In this document: positions 15,389-25,439 of the stretch, piece by piece
Numbering within the stretch: position 1 is the first letter of the stretch
How the letters are laid out: each line of letters opens with the position of its first letter
NCBI GenBank assembly: GCA_902786595.1
Contig: CADADB010000013.1
Span: forward strand, 12,225-76,224
Length of the DNA: 64,000 bases
From: an uncultured Bacteroidota bacterium
Lineage (GTDB): Bacteria; Bacteroidota; Bacteroidia; Bacteroidales; WCHB1-69
Direction: 5' to 3'
The notes under the pieces: model-generated
Told to the model about the DNA's origin: nothing
What the model saw: the letters and a program-made list of their open reading frames with translations, nothing else
Databases searched by the model: none
Translations under genes and position numbers: made by a program

Positions 15389-16981
15389 TCACCACTCTGG
15401 CTTCCGTTCAAACACCATCTCTTCCCCGCTCGTCGGGTGCGCGAACGCAATCCGCGCGGCGTGCAAATAGAGCCGGTCCGCGCGGCGGCCATAGAGGTTG
15501 TCGCCCTGGATGGGACGACCTAACCCTTCCGCGTGGGCGCAGTGGACGCGCAGCTGGTGCGTGCGACCCGTGAGCGGATGGAGCTCCACAACATGCTCTC
15601 CCACCACGCGATACAACGTCACAGCGGGTTTTCCGTGCGCTTTATCGACCTTCTGGAACGGGCGGTGCATCAGGTCGGGCGAGAGCGGCAATTCGATGCG
15701 CCCCTCCTCCCCTACCAGCAAAGGTTCGCCGTCCAACACGGCCACGTAGGTCTTGTGTATCTCCCTGTCCCTGAACTGTTTATGCAGACGGTAATGGGCG
15801 GTTTTGTGCTTCGCCACGACCAGCAGCCCGCTGGTGTCCATGTCCAACCGATGGACCACTAACGGTGTTTCCCCATCCTTGCAACGTTCTTGCAGAATGG
15901 AGATCACGGATTCTCGGTGCGATTTCCCCGGCACGCTCAACATCCCCGAAGGCTTATTCACGACCCACAAATCGGCATCCTCATACACGATTTCCAACTG
16001 ATCGGCGAAGGTGCGCTGTGGAGTTGCAGTCAACACTTCCGGCGGCAGCATGTAGGTCAACACGGGCTTGCACTTGCCCGAGCAGGCGGGATAATAATGC
16101 AGATGGTGACGAATCTCCCCCTCGGGCGATTTCCCCCACCAGAACATAGCCATTTGGATGGGTTTAAGTCCATGTGTGTAAGCGTATTGCAGCAGCTTCG
16201 GCTCGCAGCATTCGCCCGTGCCCGCAGGAGGTAATTGCTGCACGGTGTCGCGGAAAATCTCCAGCAGATTGCACCGCTCACCCGCATAATTCACCATCAC
16301 GAAATGCTCGAACAGCCAGTTCTGCAATGCCTCCGATTTTGTTTTCCGTTGGTTTGCAAGCTCTTCAATACGTTTTTCGTAAATATCCACCGCCGCTTTC
16401 GCCTCGGCTATCTTTTCCGCCCATCGCTTTTTCTCCCGCCGCAGCTCCGCCTTCAGGAATTGGCTCTCTTTCACGAAAGCGGTCTCTTCCTCGACGGTCA
16501 GCGCCCTTTGGGAACGTTCGGCATCGCGTCTGGTTTTGGCATCCAGCATCTTTTGCTTGGCAGCGGCAATGGCAACCTCAGCATCCTCTTGTAACTGCAG
16601 ATAATATTTTCGGGATTCGATATACCGGCCATCGGACTCTAATTTGTCGATTTCTTGATTGATAGCCGAAATCTCTGCCTCGTGAACCTTAAAATAGCCG
16701 TCGGGGGCGAGGAAATCGAACACCGGCGGTACAAAACCGGGCAGCACGGACTGGTCATACAGCTGCCCCGAAAAGGCCGCCAGATAATACAGCTTCTCCT
16801 CTTTCGCCACGACCAAAACCCCGAACATCTTGCCCTCGGGGTTTCCGCGCATCAGTTCCTCGACACGCGGCAGCAAATCCGCCACCGCCGCCTCGCACAC
16901 GGGATGCGGTACATAATCAAACGGGTTGTTGAACGTTTCCGGCAACAACCCGTGATAACGGAACGTATGTAAAATCGGCAT
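15389..16981 (-). CDS. RluA-family pseudouridine synthase with a ~315-aa N-terminal extension
   Basis: The C-terminal half carries RluA motifs (VVNKPSGMLSVPG, VHRLDMDTSGLLVVAK, HPLTGRTHQLRVH). The N-terminal half has a long coiled-coil segment and a Cys-rich motif (GECCEPKLL ... YYPACSGKCKP). Confidence 0.85.
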   Translation of the reverse strand: MPILHTFRYHGLLPETFNNPFDYVPHPVCEAAVADLLPRVEELMRGNPEGKMFGVLVVAKEEKLYYLAAFSGQLYDQSVLPGFVPPVFDFLAPDGYFKVHEAEISAINQEIDKLESDGRYIESRKYYLQLQEDAEVAIAAAKQKMLDAKTRRDAERSQRALTVEEETAFVKESQFLKAELRREKKRWAEKIAEAKAAVDIYEKRIEELANQRKTKSEALQNWLFEHFVMVNYAGERCNLLEIFRDTVQQLPPAGTGECCEPKLLQYAYTHGLKPIQMAMFWWGKSPEGEIRHHLHYYPACSGKCKPVLTYMLPPEVLTATPQRTFADQLEIVYEDADLWVVNKPSGMLSVPGKSHRESVISILQERCKDGETPLVVHRLDMDTSGLLVVAKHKTAHYRLHKQFRDREIHKTYVAVLDGEPLLVGEEGRIELPLSPDLMHRPFQKVDKAHGKPAVTLYRVVGEHVVELHPLTGRTHQLRVHCAHAEGLGRPIQGDNLYGRRADRLYLHAARIAFAHPTSGEEMVFERKPEW

Positions 16982-16987
16982 GTACGG

Positions 16988-17025
16988 CTACCAAGCTCTT
17001 GCCCCCTGCGGGGCTGCTCAAGGAA
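16988..17025 (+). repeat. Conserved ~38-nt hairpin element, copy 2 of 3
   Basis: CTACCAAGCTCTTGCCCCCTGCGGGGCTGCTCAAGGAA, followed by gtttagtttagttttgttt. Confidence 0.85.
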
Positions 17026-17045
17026 GGAGTTTAGTTTAGTTTTGT

Positions 17046-17675
17046 TTATTTCACCCAATAGACCCAATTCTCCTTGCGGGGTTTGGCTTCGGGATAGTCG
17101 CCGGCGGTGTAGCCGAGGATGCAGTTGCCAACACCTACGTAGTCGCCCTCAATACCGAGATCTTTGAGAATCTGCTTGCCCTCTTCGGTCTCAAACATCT
17201 CCTTGGCACGGTGGATCCAACAGGAGCCGAGACCCTTGGCATGGGCGGCATTCATCAGGTTGCCCATCACGAGACTTCCGTCCTCAACGTAAGTATGCAC
17301 GTTCTTGTCGGCAAGCACCACCAACACCACGGGCGCACCATAGAAGGGGTCATTGTCGGCGCCCATCACAGCAGCGTTCATCTTGCTAAGGCGGTCGCGC
17401 ATCTCCTTGTTCGTCACCGCGATGATGATCGGGCTCTGGCGGTTCATACCCGTGGGCGCATACGTACCGGCCTTGCAGATTTCTTCAATCACCTCCATCG
17501 GGGGAACACTGTCAGTGTAGCTGCGCACACTGCGGCGCGTCAATAAATCTTCCATAGTAGTGTTTTTAACATTTTCCTGGTCAACGGCTTCCGTTGACTC
17601 CGCAACTTTCTGCTGACATGATATACACATCATCATAGCCGCACATAAAATCATTGTAATTTTTCTCATATTCAT
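17046..17675 (-). CDS. Nitroreductase-family flavoprotein with N-terminal signal/lipoprotein-like peptide
   Basis: Motifs: LLTRRSVRSYTD and a conserved nitroreductase core. The N-terminus MNMRKITMILCAAMMMCISCQQ looks like an export signal. Confidence 0.8.
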   Translation of the reverse strand: MNMRKITMILCAAMMMCISCQQKVAESTEAVDQENVKNTTMEDLLTRRSVRSYTDSVPPMEVIEEICKAGTYAPTGMNRQSPIIIAVTNKEMRDRLSKMNAAVMGADNDPFYGAPVVLVVLADKNVHTYVEDGSLVMGNLMNAAHAKGLGSCWIHRAKEMFETEEGKQILKDLGIEGDYVGVGNCILGYTAGDYPEAKPRKENWVYWVK

Positions 17676-17683
17676 GATTTTTC

Positions 17684-17700
17684 ATTCTACATTCCACATT
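17684..17700 (+). repeat. Heptanucleotide tandem array (ATTCYAC x 2.4)
   Basis: attctac attccac att. It sits between the nitroreductase start and the stop of the upstream T9SS cargo gene, and uses the same unit as 61929-61952. Confidence 0.7.
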
Positions 17701-17702
17701 GA

Positions 17703-20207
17703 TTAAAGCACCGTCACCGTCCCTTTATACACAAACGGTTTTCCGTCCAAATTCTTGACACGGATAACATAAATGTAAACCCCTGACAAATTAACATTTT
17801 CGCCAGACCATCTGAAATTGATATCATTAGTCTTGTAAACCATCTCACCCCAACGGTTAAATATTTCAATATCGAACTCACTGATATAACGATGAACATA
17901 TTCTGGGACACAGAAAACATCGTTTAATCCATCTGATTTGGATGGTGTTATAGCACTGGGCATAAACAAGTTAAAATCGCAAGAAGGGATGCCGATATGT
18001 TCCGTGGCCTGGCAGTCACCTTCACTGACAGTAACCGTGTACAATCCGGGCTCAGTCACCGAAATATAAGGAGTGGTGTCACCCGTGCTCCATTCATAAT
18101 GCTCGAATTCCGACACTGCGGTGAGCACCAGTTCACCATATTCGCAGAAATCATCACCGGAAGTGACAATTTCCACCTCCGGCTCCACAATCTCCAAATG
18201 CATAGTAACCAAGCTGTCACAGCCATGCTCATCGGTCAAATTCTGGTAATAATCCCCTGACTCTGTGTAGGTGTGACCATTCCAAGTGTATTGTTTACAA
18301 GCAGTGTGGTCAAATTCGCCGAAAACACTGTCGCGGATATTAAGCTCGAGAATCACAAGACTGTCGCAACCTAATGCTTGCGTTTGCATGACAATAGAGT
18401 CTCGCAGCACCCCTGGCTGTGCCGTCATGTTTCCGCTTACATTGAAGCCATATCCTGAATAACCTGCGCCAGGGCATATTGTATCCCTGACAACGGTATC
18501 AACAGAAGGGTGCACAGTTATTTGAATGGAGTCGTACATCGGCTCCAATATGCAGCCGCGCGAGTCATTGGCGACCACTGTGTACCAACCGCTGTTTTCA
18601 GGATTCACGTCACTCATCAGATATGGCTCAGTATTTATCTCATAATTATTTGGTCCCAAAATGCGGGTAATGCTGGCATCAACAGAGTCGAAACCGAAGA
18701 AAATCGTGTCACCCTGGCAATAATCGGCATGGGTAATGTCCGAAGCCCAAGAAATAGAGCTTTCGGATGTGTAACTGCTAAAATAGCTGATGGAGCAGTC
18801 ATCGTAGGTAGTGGTGCTGGGTTGATGATAGTCAATCACACCCATGTGGAACTTGCCAAGCGAATTGGTCACGCGGATTGACGACTGGGTAGCCATACTG
18901 GTAATATCCTTACGGCAATATTTCATGGTATGCCCAGGGACCGTTTGCCATTCAGAGGCAGCGATGGAGGAAGCCCCGTTGATCTGGAATCCTGTCGTAT
19001 ATTCTTCCTTACATATTAAAGTAAGAAAAAGATGCTTCACGTGTGATGAACCCTGAGGATGTGCCAAAGGCATATAAGCCGCCGCTGTGGACCCCGTACA
19101 ATACATGTGAGGAAGCTGTGTGCCACCCAATTCGTTTCCCGCACCCGTCACCTGGAAAACAAAAATCGACTTGGGAGAAGTCGTGCCATCCTCGTTTTCG
19201 TGTCTTCCCCAAATAAAGACAGGATTGTTGTTGGGAAACTGGAAGCTGCGCTTGTCGCCACGCATCAGATTATCAAATGTCTGACTCTGCAAACCGCTGC
19301 TATTATTATAGTAAACCGAAACTTTCGTGTCGTCTTCCAAAGCGAAAATAAAAACATAGTCGCTCAGTCCAGTACCTGATATGGTATTGTTTGCGGCCGA
19401 GGGCGAAGGAATGACTATATATTCCGAGCCCGCCAGGTCTTCCGGCACAATCTGGTCTGCCACCAAATCCTGGTTACTACCATTCGGTGTGGCGGAATCG
19501 TCAGAGATATCCACGACAATCGGCTTGTTGGAACTGACCACCGTACCCGCCATGTGGCCTGCGGCTGTTTGTGTGCTGGAAGCGATATTATACACCTGAC
19601 CTTTATTCAAAGTGACATTAAAGGGGACGTTGGCCGGATGACTGTTGTCCTGATAAAGCGAGACCGAAGGGGTTATGGTCACCGTTGTTGCATTCTCTGT
19701 GGCAATAATTTGCACGCTGTTACGAGCTTGACCATTGTACTCGGCGTTTATATATTGATACTGCATTGGAATGAAAAATTGGGTTCCCAAAGCATTATTC
19801 CCTTTCAATGCGTAAATCTCACTATTGTTGTTCTGCACAGCAATATAGGCATTCACCTTGGCTGTTGAGTGGATGTAGAGACCATAATTAACGGGGGTGT
19901 TGTAATCACACTCAAATCCCGTAAGGCCTGCTTCATCGCTCACCAAAGTATGTGAGTATGACGAATTTGCTGGAACTGTGAAGTTCGCGATGGTAGCATT
20001 CCCCGCTGCAGGTTTCGTGACGGTGACAGTTGCCGGGCTGTCCAAAGTGGAGACACAAAGCTTGATCGGATGTCCAGGATGTCCATGCGCCAGTTTCGGC
20101 ACCGCAAACCAAAACGCCGTGTCCACTTGGGCAAAGGCGGTTAAGGAGCCGCACAATACGGCCACCATAACGAATACATTTTTTAAGAAAGGTTTTAAAA
20201 CAATCAT
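17703..20207 (-). CDS. Large secreted surface protein with T9SS type-B C-terminal sorting domain
   Basis: Signal peptide [27 protein letters not shown]. The C-terminus [23 protein letters not shown]...GVYIYVIRV...VYKGTVTVL fits the type-B sorting domain. The N-terminal beta-rich region is of unknown family. Confidence 0.8.
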   Translation of the reverse strand: MIVLKPFLKNVFVMVAVLCGSLTAFAQVDTAFWFAVPKLAHGHPGHPIKLCVSTLDSPATVTVTKPAAGNATIANFTVPANSSYSHTLVSDEAGLTGFECDYNTPVNYGLYIHSTAKVNAYIAVQNNNSEIYALKGNNALGTQFFIPMQYQYINAEYNGQARNSVQIIATENATTVTITPSVSLYQDNSHPANVPFNVTLNKGQVYNIASSTQTAAGHMAGTVVSSNKPIVVDISDDSATPNGSNQDLVADQIVPEDLAGSEYIVIPSPSAANNTISGTGLSDYVFIFALEDDTKVSVYYNNSSGLQSQTFDNLMRGDKRSFQFPNNNPVFIWGRHENEDGTTSPKSIFVFQVTGAGNELGGTQLPHMYCTGSTAAAYMPLAHPQGSSHVKHLFLTLICKEEYTTGFQINGASSIAASEWQTVPGHTMKYCRKDITSMATQSSIRVTNSLGKFHMGVIDYHQPSTTTYDDCSISYFSSYTSESSISWASDITHADYCQGDTIFFGFDSVDASITRILGPNNYEINTEPYLMSDVNPENSGWYTVVANDSRGCILEPMYDSIQITVHPSVDTVVRDTICPGAGYSGYGFNVSGNMTAQPGVLRDSIVMQTQALGCDSLVILELNIRDSVFGEFDHTACKQYTWNGHTYTESGDYYQNLTDEHGCDSLVTMHLEIVEPEVEIVTSGDDFCEYGELVLTAVSEFEHYEWSTGDTTPYISVTEPGLYTVTVSEGDCQATEHIGIPSCDFNLFMPSAITPSKSDGLNDVFCVPEYVHRYISEFDIEIFNRWGEMVYKTNDINFRWSGENVNLSGVYIYVIRVKNLDGKPFVYKGTVTVL

Positions 20208-20226
20208 ATAATTCTTCTTAAAGCTG

Positions 20227-20234
20227 CAAAAATA
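20227..20234 (-). promoter_or_regulatory. -7 box (TATTTTTG on minus strand) for the T9SS cargo gene
   Basis: caaaaata at 20227-20234, divergent from the glyA box. Confidence 0.55.
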
Positions 20235-20258
20235 AGATTTTTTATAATAGAAAAAATG

Positions 20259-20266
20259 TATTTTTG
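20259..20266 (+). promoter_or_regulatory. -7 box (TATTTTTG) for glyA
   Basis: tatttttg at 20259-20266, 56 nt upstream of ATG 20322. Confidence 0.6.
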
Positions 20267-20321
20267 CATTTTCAACAATATTTTGTTATTAATATCATTA
20301 TCAAACAGTTATATTAAAAAC

Positions 20322-21602
20322 ATGAAAAGAGACGAACAAATTTTCAACCTTATCCAAAAGGAGCGCGAACGCCAGACCAATGGTATCGAACTGATTGCTT
20401 CCGAGAACTTTGTGAGCGACCAAGTAATGGAAGCCATGGGTTCTGTGATGACCAACAAGTACGCTGAGGGTTATCCCGGCAAGCGTTATTATGGCGGCTG
20501 CCAAATCGTGGACCAGTCCGAGCAACTGGCCATTGACCGCGTGAAGGAGCTCTTCGGCTGCGAATGGGCCAACGTGCAACCGCACTCCGGCGCACAGGCC
20601 AACATGGCGGTCCTGATGGCTTGCCTGAATCCGGGCGACAAATTCATGGGTCTTGACCTCAACCACGGTGGTCACCTGTCACACGGCTCCCCAGTGAACT
20701 CTTCCGGCATCCTCTATCATCCTGTGGCTTACCAAGTTGACGAGGAAACGGGTTGCATCAACTATGACACGATGGAGGAAGTTGCTCTCCGCGAGAAACC
20801 GAAATTCATCATCGGTGGTGCTTCCGCCTACAGCCGCGACTGGGATTGGGCACGTATGCGCCAAATCGCCGACAAGATCGGTGCCATTCTGATGGCTGAC
20901 ATCTCCCACCCCGCCGGTCTCATCGCCAAGGGCCTCCTGAACAACGCCGTGACGCACTGTCACATCGTGACCACCACCACCCACAAGACCCTCCGCGGAC
21001 CTCGCGGCGGCCTCATCATGCTGGGCAAGGACTTCGAGAACCCGTGGGGCAAGACCACCCCGAAGGGCGCCATCAAGATGATGTCCCAAATCCTCGACTC
21101 ATCCGTGTTCCCGGGCTGTCAAGGCGGTCCTCTGGAGCATGTCATCGCCGCCAAGGCAGTCGCATTCGGCGAAGCTTTGACCGACGATTACGCCCGCTAT
21201 ATCAAACAAGTGAAACTCAACGCCGCCACTATGGCAAAAGCATTCGTGGACAGAGGTTACAAGGTGATCTCCGGTGGCACCGACAACCACTTGATGCTCA
21301 TCGACTTGAGAACCAAGTTCCCTGAACTTACCGGTAAAGTGGCTGAGAACACCCTCGTGAAGGCCGACATCACCATCAACAAGAACATGGTGCCGTTCGA
21401 CACCCGTTCTCCTTTCCAGACCTCTGGCATCCGCGTGGGTACGCCCGCCATCACCACCCGCGGTCTGAAAGAAGCTGACATGCCTGGCATCGTCGAGATG
21501 ATCGACAACGTGCTCTGTGACGTGGAAAACGAGGAACTCATCGCCAAGACCCGCAAGACGGTCAATGACATGATGCACGACCGTCCGCTCTTCGCTTGGT
21601 AA
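20322..21602 (+). CDS. glyA: Serine hydroxymethyltransferase
   Basis: Motifs: [36 protein letters not shown] (the PLP lysine). Start at ATG 20322 (MKRDEQIF). Confidence 0.95.
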   Translation: MKRDEQIFNLIQKERERQTNGIELIASENFVSDQVMEAMGSVMTNKYAEGYPGKRYYGGCQIVDQSEQLAIDRVKELFGCEWANVQPHSGAQANMAVLMACLNPGDKFMGLDLNHGGHLSHGSPVNSSGILYHPVAYQVDEETGCINYDTMEEVALREKPKFIIGGASAYSRDWDWARMRQIADKIGAILMADISHPAGLIAKGLLNNAVTHCHIVTTTTHKTLRGPRGGLIMLGKDFENPWGKTTPKGAIKMMSQILDSSVFPGCQGGPLEHVIAAKAVAFGEALTDDYARYIKQVKLNAATMAKAFVDRGYKVISGGTDNHLMLIDLRTKFPELTGKVAENTLVKADITINKNMVPFDTRSPFQTSGIRVGTPAITTRGLKEADMPGIVEMIDNVLCDVENEELIAKTRKTVNDMMHDRPLFAW

Positions 21603-21619
21603 ACAGCATTTCCCTATCA

Positions 21620-21647
21620 GTAGAGACGCCATGCATTGCGTCTCCAC
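21620..21647 (+). repeat. GTAGAGACG...CGTCTCYAC palindrome, copy A
   Basis: gtagagacgccatgcattgcgtctccac, a 10-bp stem with one mismatch, directly after the glyA stop. Confidence 0.8.
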
Positions 21648-21659
21648 GAATACCAAAAA

Positions 21660-21686
21660 GCCCCGACTTGCGTCGGGGCTTTTTTT
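21660..21686. terminator. Canonical intrinsic terminator (bidirectional) after glyA
   Basis: aaaaa-GCCCCGAC-ttgc-GTCGGGGC-ttttttt, with A-run and T-run flanks, between convergent genes. Confidence 0.85.
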
Positions 21687-21747
21687 ACAAGTTAAATTGT
21701 ATTCCTTGATTTTACAACCTTTATTGACACACCCGATTATCGCCACC

Positions 21748-22557
21748 CTAACTCCTCAAAATTCTAACTTTCCCCAACGCCTGATTCTCTATCCCGTTAT
21801 ATAAGAATGTTAATTCGTAACTATACACCCCTTCAGGGCAGTTTTCACCGCCCCATGTATTCTTATAGGCATCATTTCGATACACCACCTTGTTGTTCTT
21901 GTCCCGAACGACCAATCGCAAAGAGGAGTAATTCTCAAGCCCCTCGATCACAAAGAAATCATTTACGCCGTCATTATTCGGGGTAAACAGATTAGGTATG
22001 CTGAGATGAACCGGCATAGACCAATCGACGCTTTCTTCTGAGAGTTTTTTCAACACGGGATCAGCGGCAAGCTGCTTGGCCAACGTAGAATTGGACGGAA
22101 GCACCACTTGAGGGGTGTTGGTTTTCGTGGTAATCTCCGACTCTGGTTTTGGAGACCGGGGGGTCGGCTCTTTCACGGAATTTTCCACGACAGCTTTGGC
22201 TGGCACCTCTTCTTCTGTCTGCATCTCCACTTGAGCAATCTCCGATTCAACAATTTCTTCCTGTCCGGCCACAGCATCGGAAGACTCAACCAACTTATTA
22301 TCAGCGTTTTTGGCCACATTTTCAGCCACAACATCTTGATTATTACGATGTTGTAAGAAAACACCTAATGACACAGTGCCTCCCAGAACCAAAACCGCCA
22401 ACACTGCCGCCACCCATTTCCATGCCTTAACTCGGTGGATCCGTGACACATTTTCGGTCAACGGCATCTCCTCGTCCAGCCGCGCATTCAATCGTTCCCA
22501 CACATCGGCGGAAGGTTTTTCCTCGTACTGGTTCAAAACTTCTTTTACACTTTTCAT
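21748..22557 (-). CDS. Anti-sigma-like single-pass membrane protein ending in a T9SS type-B sorting domain
   Basis: The N-terminus has PSADVWERLNARL, then one TM helix (WKWVAAVLAVLVLGGTVSLGVFL), an acidic low-complexity linker, and the C-terminus LSIPNLFTPNNDGVNDFFVIEGL...GVYSYELTF...GKVRILRS. It lies 22 nt downstream of the ECF sigma gene. Confidence 0.7.
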   Translation of the reverse strand: MKSVKEVLNQYEEKPSADVWERLNARLDEEMPLTENVSRIHRVKAWKWVAAVLAVLVLGGTVSLGVFLQHRNNQDVVAENVAKNADNKLVESSDAVAGQEEIVESEIAQVEMQTEEEVPAKAVVENSVKEPTPRSPKPESEITTKTNTPQVVLPSNSTLAKQLAADPVLKKLSEESVDWSMPVHLSIPNLFTPNNDGVNDFFVIEGLENYSSLRLVVRDKNNKVVYRNDAYKNTWGGENCPEGVYSYELTFLYNGIENQALGKVRILRS

Positions 22558-22579
22558 AATTATCTCTTTTCAACTCTTT

Positions 22580-23125
22580 CTAAAGTTCTTCTATTCTTTT
22601 TTTAAGCCATTGTCTCGCACGCATGTAACTGATGCGAATGGCATTCTCTTTTTTATCAAGTTTTTCGGCAATCTCCGAAAAAGAGTACTCTTCCACCGCC
22701 TTCAGGTTGAAAACCACGCGCATCCCATCCGGCATCTGCTCCAGTATTTCCAAAAGCAAGCCGGCTTCCAGCGACGCGGTGATTCTCTCCTCTTCTACAA
22801 ATTCATCCCCATCCATCACTTCCTCGGAGAGCAACTCTTTGCGGAAACGCTTTATCGAACGGTAATGGCTGATTGCTGAGTTCACCATCACCGAATAGAT
22901 CCAGGAATAGAAAGTGCTGTCACCCTTGAACGTGGACAAATTTTTGAACACCTTCATAAACCCCTCCATCAACATGTCCTCAGCTTCCTCACGGCTGTTC
23001 GCATAGCGCCGGCAAACAACATACATCTTGGGCGCATACCAGTCGTACAACCGACGCTGGCTCTCACGATCATTGTTCAAACAACCGTTTATAATCCTCT
23101 GGAGTTCCGAATCTATTTCCGTCAC
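22580..23125 (-). CDS. ECF (sigma-70 family, group 4) RNA polymerase sigma factor
   Basis: Region 2 (YAPKMYVVCRRYANSREEAEDMLMEGFMKVF) and the region 4 HTH (YSFSEIAEKLDKKENAIRISYMRARQWL) are both present. Confidence 0.9.
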   Translation of the reverse strand: MTEIDSELQRIINGCLNNDRESQRRLYDWYAPKMYVVCRRYANSREEAEDMLMEGFMKVFKNLSTFKGDSTFYSWIYSVMVNSAISHYRSIKRFRKELLSEEVMDGDEFVEEERITASLEAGLLLEILEQMPDGMRVVFNLKAVEEYSFSEIAEKLDKKENAIRISYMRARQWLKKRIEEL

Positions 23126-23176
23126 GTCTTGCTTTGTCGCACGTAAGGGTCATTTTGTTACATCTAAAAATAAATT

Positions 23177-24160
23177 TTATTGTATTGATTTCACAATTGC
23201 CTCAACCTCACGCAGATAGTCTCTTTTATGTTCTTGGGGAGCATACACAAAACCATCTACCGTAATACAAGCGGTGCTGTCGGACGCAATTTGGGTGAAA
23301 CTGTAGAACGGCCCGCCCATTTTATCGCGGACAGAAGCCCACAATCCTCTCAGTTCCACACCGTTATGATAACGAAGATTCATTTTTTCGGCCATAGGGT
23401 AACCTTCCACATCGGCAACAATGGGATAAGCTCCCGCCACGGCTCCTTGAATATAAGCTTTCGTGATGCGGTTACGCTCCGCCACAATATTTTCGGTCGT
23501 TAGTTCATAACGGGGAGACTTGTAAATCATGACAAAACGGTCGTTCTTCGGGGTCCTGAAAAGTAACCAAAGGAAATCCTCCTCTTCGCGTCCCACGAAA
23601 TAGCCCTCTGGGATTGTCATGGAAAGGCCGAACTTTTCTTTTATTTGCTTCTCTATCACGGGGTTGTTCAATTTGCGATGGGCATTCTGCAAACGAGCAA
23701 TATCATTGTCATACATTGCTTTGACAATTTCCTCTTGATGGTCGAGAAACATTTTAAGGCATGAATCCTGGCTGTTACCCTTTATTTTCACCAGAATCTG
23801 AGGGTTTGTAATCGGGTTCTTGTCGATTTCAAAGCTGTTACCCGGATATTCGGGGTTAAAATCAAACTGAACGATATTCCGATGACGCATGAATGATGCC
23901 CTATAATCAGCATTGGAACATTGGATTACATCAAACATCGGTTCAATCTGGTTGATGGCTGGCTGCGGCTGGTGAAGCACACCATAGATGGCGGTCATCG
24001 CCGACTTTGACCAATAATTGGAATCAATGGCCAAGATCATCTCTCCGGCCTTGCCTGTGGAGAAATTCTCCACTTTTATGCCTGATCCGCCTGACTTAGT
24101 ATGGCAGGAGACCATGCTCAACAATATTATCGCCAAAGCGAAACAACTGATTTTCTTCAT
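23177..24160 (-). CDS. Lipoprotein, DUF4837-like (family assignment unverified)
   Basis: Lipoprotein signal MKKISCFALAIILLSMVSC. The size and pattern recall the Bacteroidota DUF4837 family. Confidence 0.55.
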   Translation of the reverse strand: MKKISCFALAIILLSMVSCHTKSGGSGIKVENFSTGKAGEMILAIDSNYWSKSAMTAIYGVLHQPQPAINQIEPMFDVIQCSNADYRASFMRHRNIVQFDFNPEYPGNSFEIDKNPITNPQILVKIKGNSQDSCLKMFLDHQEEIVKAMYDNDIARLQNAHRKLNNPVIEKQIKEKFGLSMTIPEGYFVGREEEDFLWLLFRTPKNDRFVMIYKSPRYELTTENIVAERNRITKAYIQGAVAGAYPIVADVEGYPMAEKMNLRYHNGVELRGLWASVRDKMGGPFYSFTQIASDSTACITVDGFVYAPQEHKRDYLREVEAIVKSIQ

Positions 24161-24269
24161 ATTAATAAAATTTTTATTTTTCGCTATTTTTATATTGATT
24201 AAATACTATATTTGCCGTTCTAAAATCGACTGCAAAACTAAAAAAAATCAATAACCGAAAACAAAAAAA

Positions 24270-25367
24270 ATGAACACCGAGACATTTTACCGCATAGCCC
24301 TAAACAAGACAGAAGGGTTGGGAAAGTCCACTCTAAAGCAAATTCTGACCGCTGCCGGGTCGGCACAAAACGTCTATGAATTCCCTGAATCTTGGCAAAG
24401 GAAATTGCAACACCGCAAACGTTGTCAGATCAGAATCGAGCTTAGCGACAAGATAAAACATCTGGTTTCCAATGAGTTAAATCTAATGGAAAGATACAAT
24501 GTCCACTTGTGCCATTTTCTAGACCGCTCCTATCCTACTCGACTGAAGCGCTGTCCAGATGCTCCGGTATCGTTTTATTTTCGAGGCGCAGAGGATTTCA
24601 ACCGTTCCCGAATGCTAGCGGTGGTAGGCACGCGCAACGCGACCACATACGGTATAAAAAGTCTTACAAAGATTCTCAACGAACTAAAAGACAGCGACAT
24701 CACAACTGTCAGTGGACTTGCATACGGTATTGACACGGTGGCGCACGAGGAGTCTCTGAACTTGGGGATGCACACCCTCTCTGTGCTGGGAAACGGGCTG
24801 CACACCATCTACCCGTCCTCCAACAAAATCCTGTCCGACAGGATTATTGAAAAAGGCGGGACGCTCATCAGCGAATTTGACTTCAACACGGGTCCCGACC
24901 GGATGAACTTCCCTGCCCGCAACCGCATCATCGCAGGCATGGCCGATGCCGTTCTGGTAGCGGAAAGCGGCATCAAAGGCGGGAGCATCATCACCGCACA
25001 CATCGCAAACTCATACAACAGGGATATTTTTGCCATCCCGGGGACCATTTTCGATGACATGCACGCGGGTTGCCACGACTTGATCCGCAAAAACATCGCA
25101 GCCATAGTGACTTCGGGCAAAGATATTCTTGAAATGATGAACTGGGATTCCTTGCCGCGAAATGTACAGACGCAACTGTTCCCGGAACTCTCTGAAGATG
25201 AATCTGTTGTCTTTCGTTTCATACAGACGGGCAGGAAGACCATCGATGAAATTGCCGAACAATGTCCGGAGTTTTCGCCCTCCAAGTTGGCCGGGATTCT
25301 CCTTTCCATGGAGTTGAAAGGGGTTCTGTTCGCCCTTCCAGGTAAAAGCTACAGCACAGAAAATTAG
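24270..25367 (+). CDS. dprA: DNA-processing protein DprA
   Basis: Motifs: VVGTRNATTYG, SGLAYGIDTVAHE, FPARNRIIAGMADAVLVAESGIKGGSIITA. Confidence 0.9.
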   Translation: MNTETFYRIALNKTEGLGKSTLKQILTAAGSAQNVYEFPESWQRKLQHRKRCQIRIELSDKIKHLVSNELNLMERYNVHLCHFLDRSYPTRLKRCPDAPVSFYFRGAEDFNRSRMLAVVGTRNATTYGIKSLTKILNELKDSDITTVSGLAYGIDTVAHEESLNLGMHTLSVLGNGLHTIYPSSNKILSDRIIEKGGTLISEFDFNTGPDRMNFPARNRIIAGMADAVLVAESGIKGGSIITAHIANSYNRDIFAIPGTIFDDMHAGCHDLIRKNIAAIVTSGKDILEMMNWDSLPRNVQTQLFPELSEDESVVFRFIQTGRKTIDEIAEQCPEFSPSKLAGILLSMELKGVLFALPGKSYSTEN

Positions 25368-25406
25368 CAGACAAACTCATTTGCCTGTGTGTATTTGAAA
25401 TTTATG

Positions 25407-25414
25407 TACTTTTG
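25407..25414 (+). promoter_or_regulatory. -7 box (TACTTTTG) for the PBP1A gene
   Basis: tacttttg at 25407-25414, 26 nt upstream of ATG 25440. Confidence 0.6.
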
Positions 25415-25439
25415 CGGCCTCAAAATATATTAAAGAATT

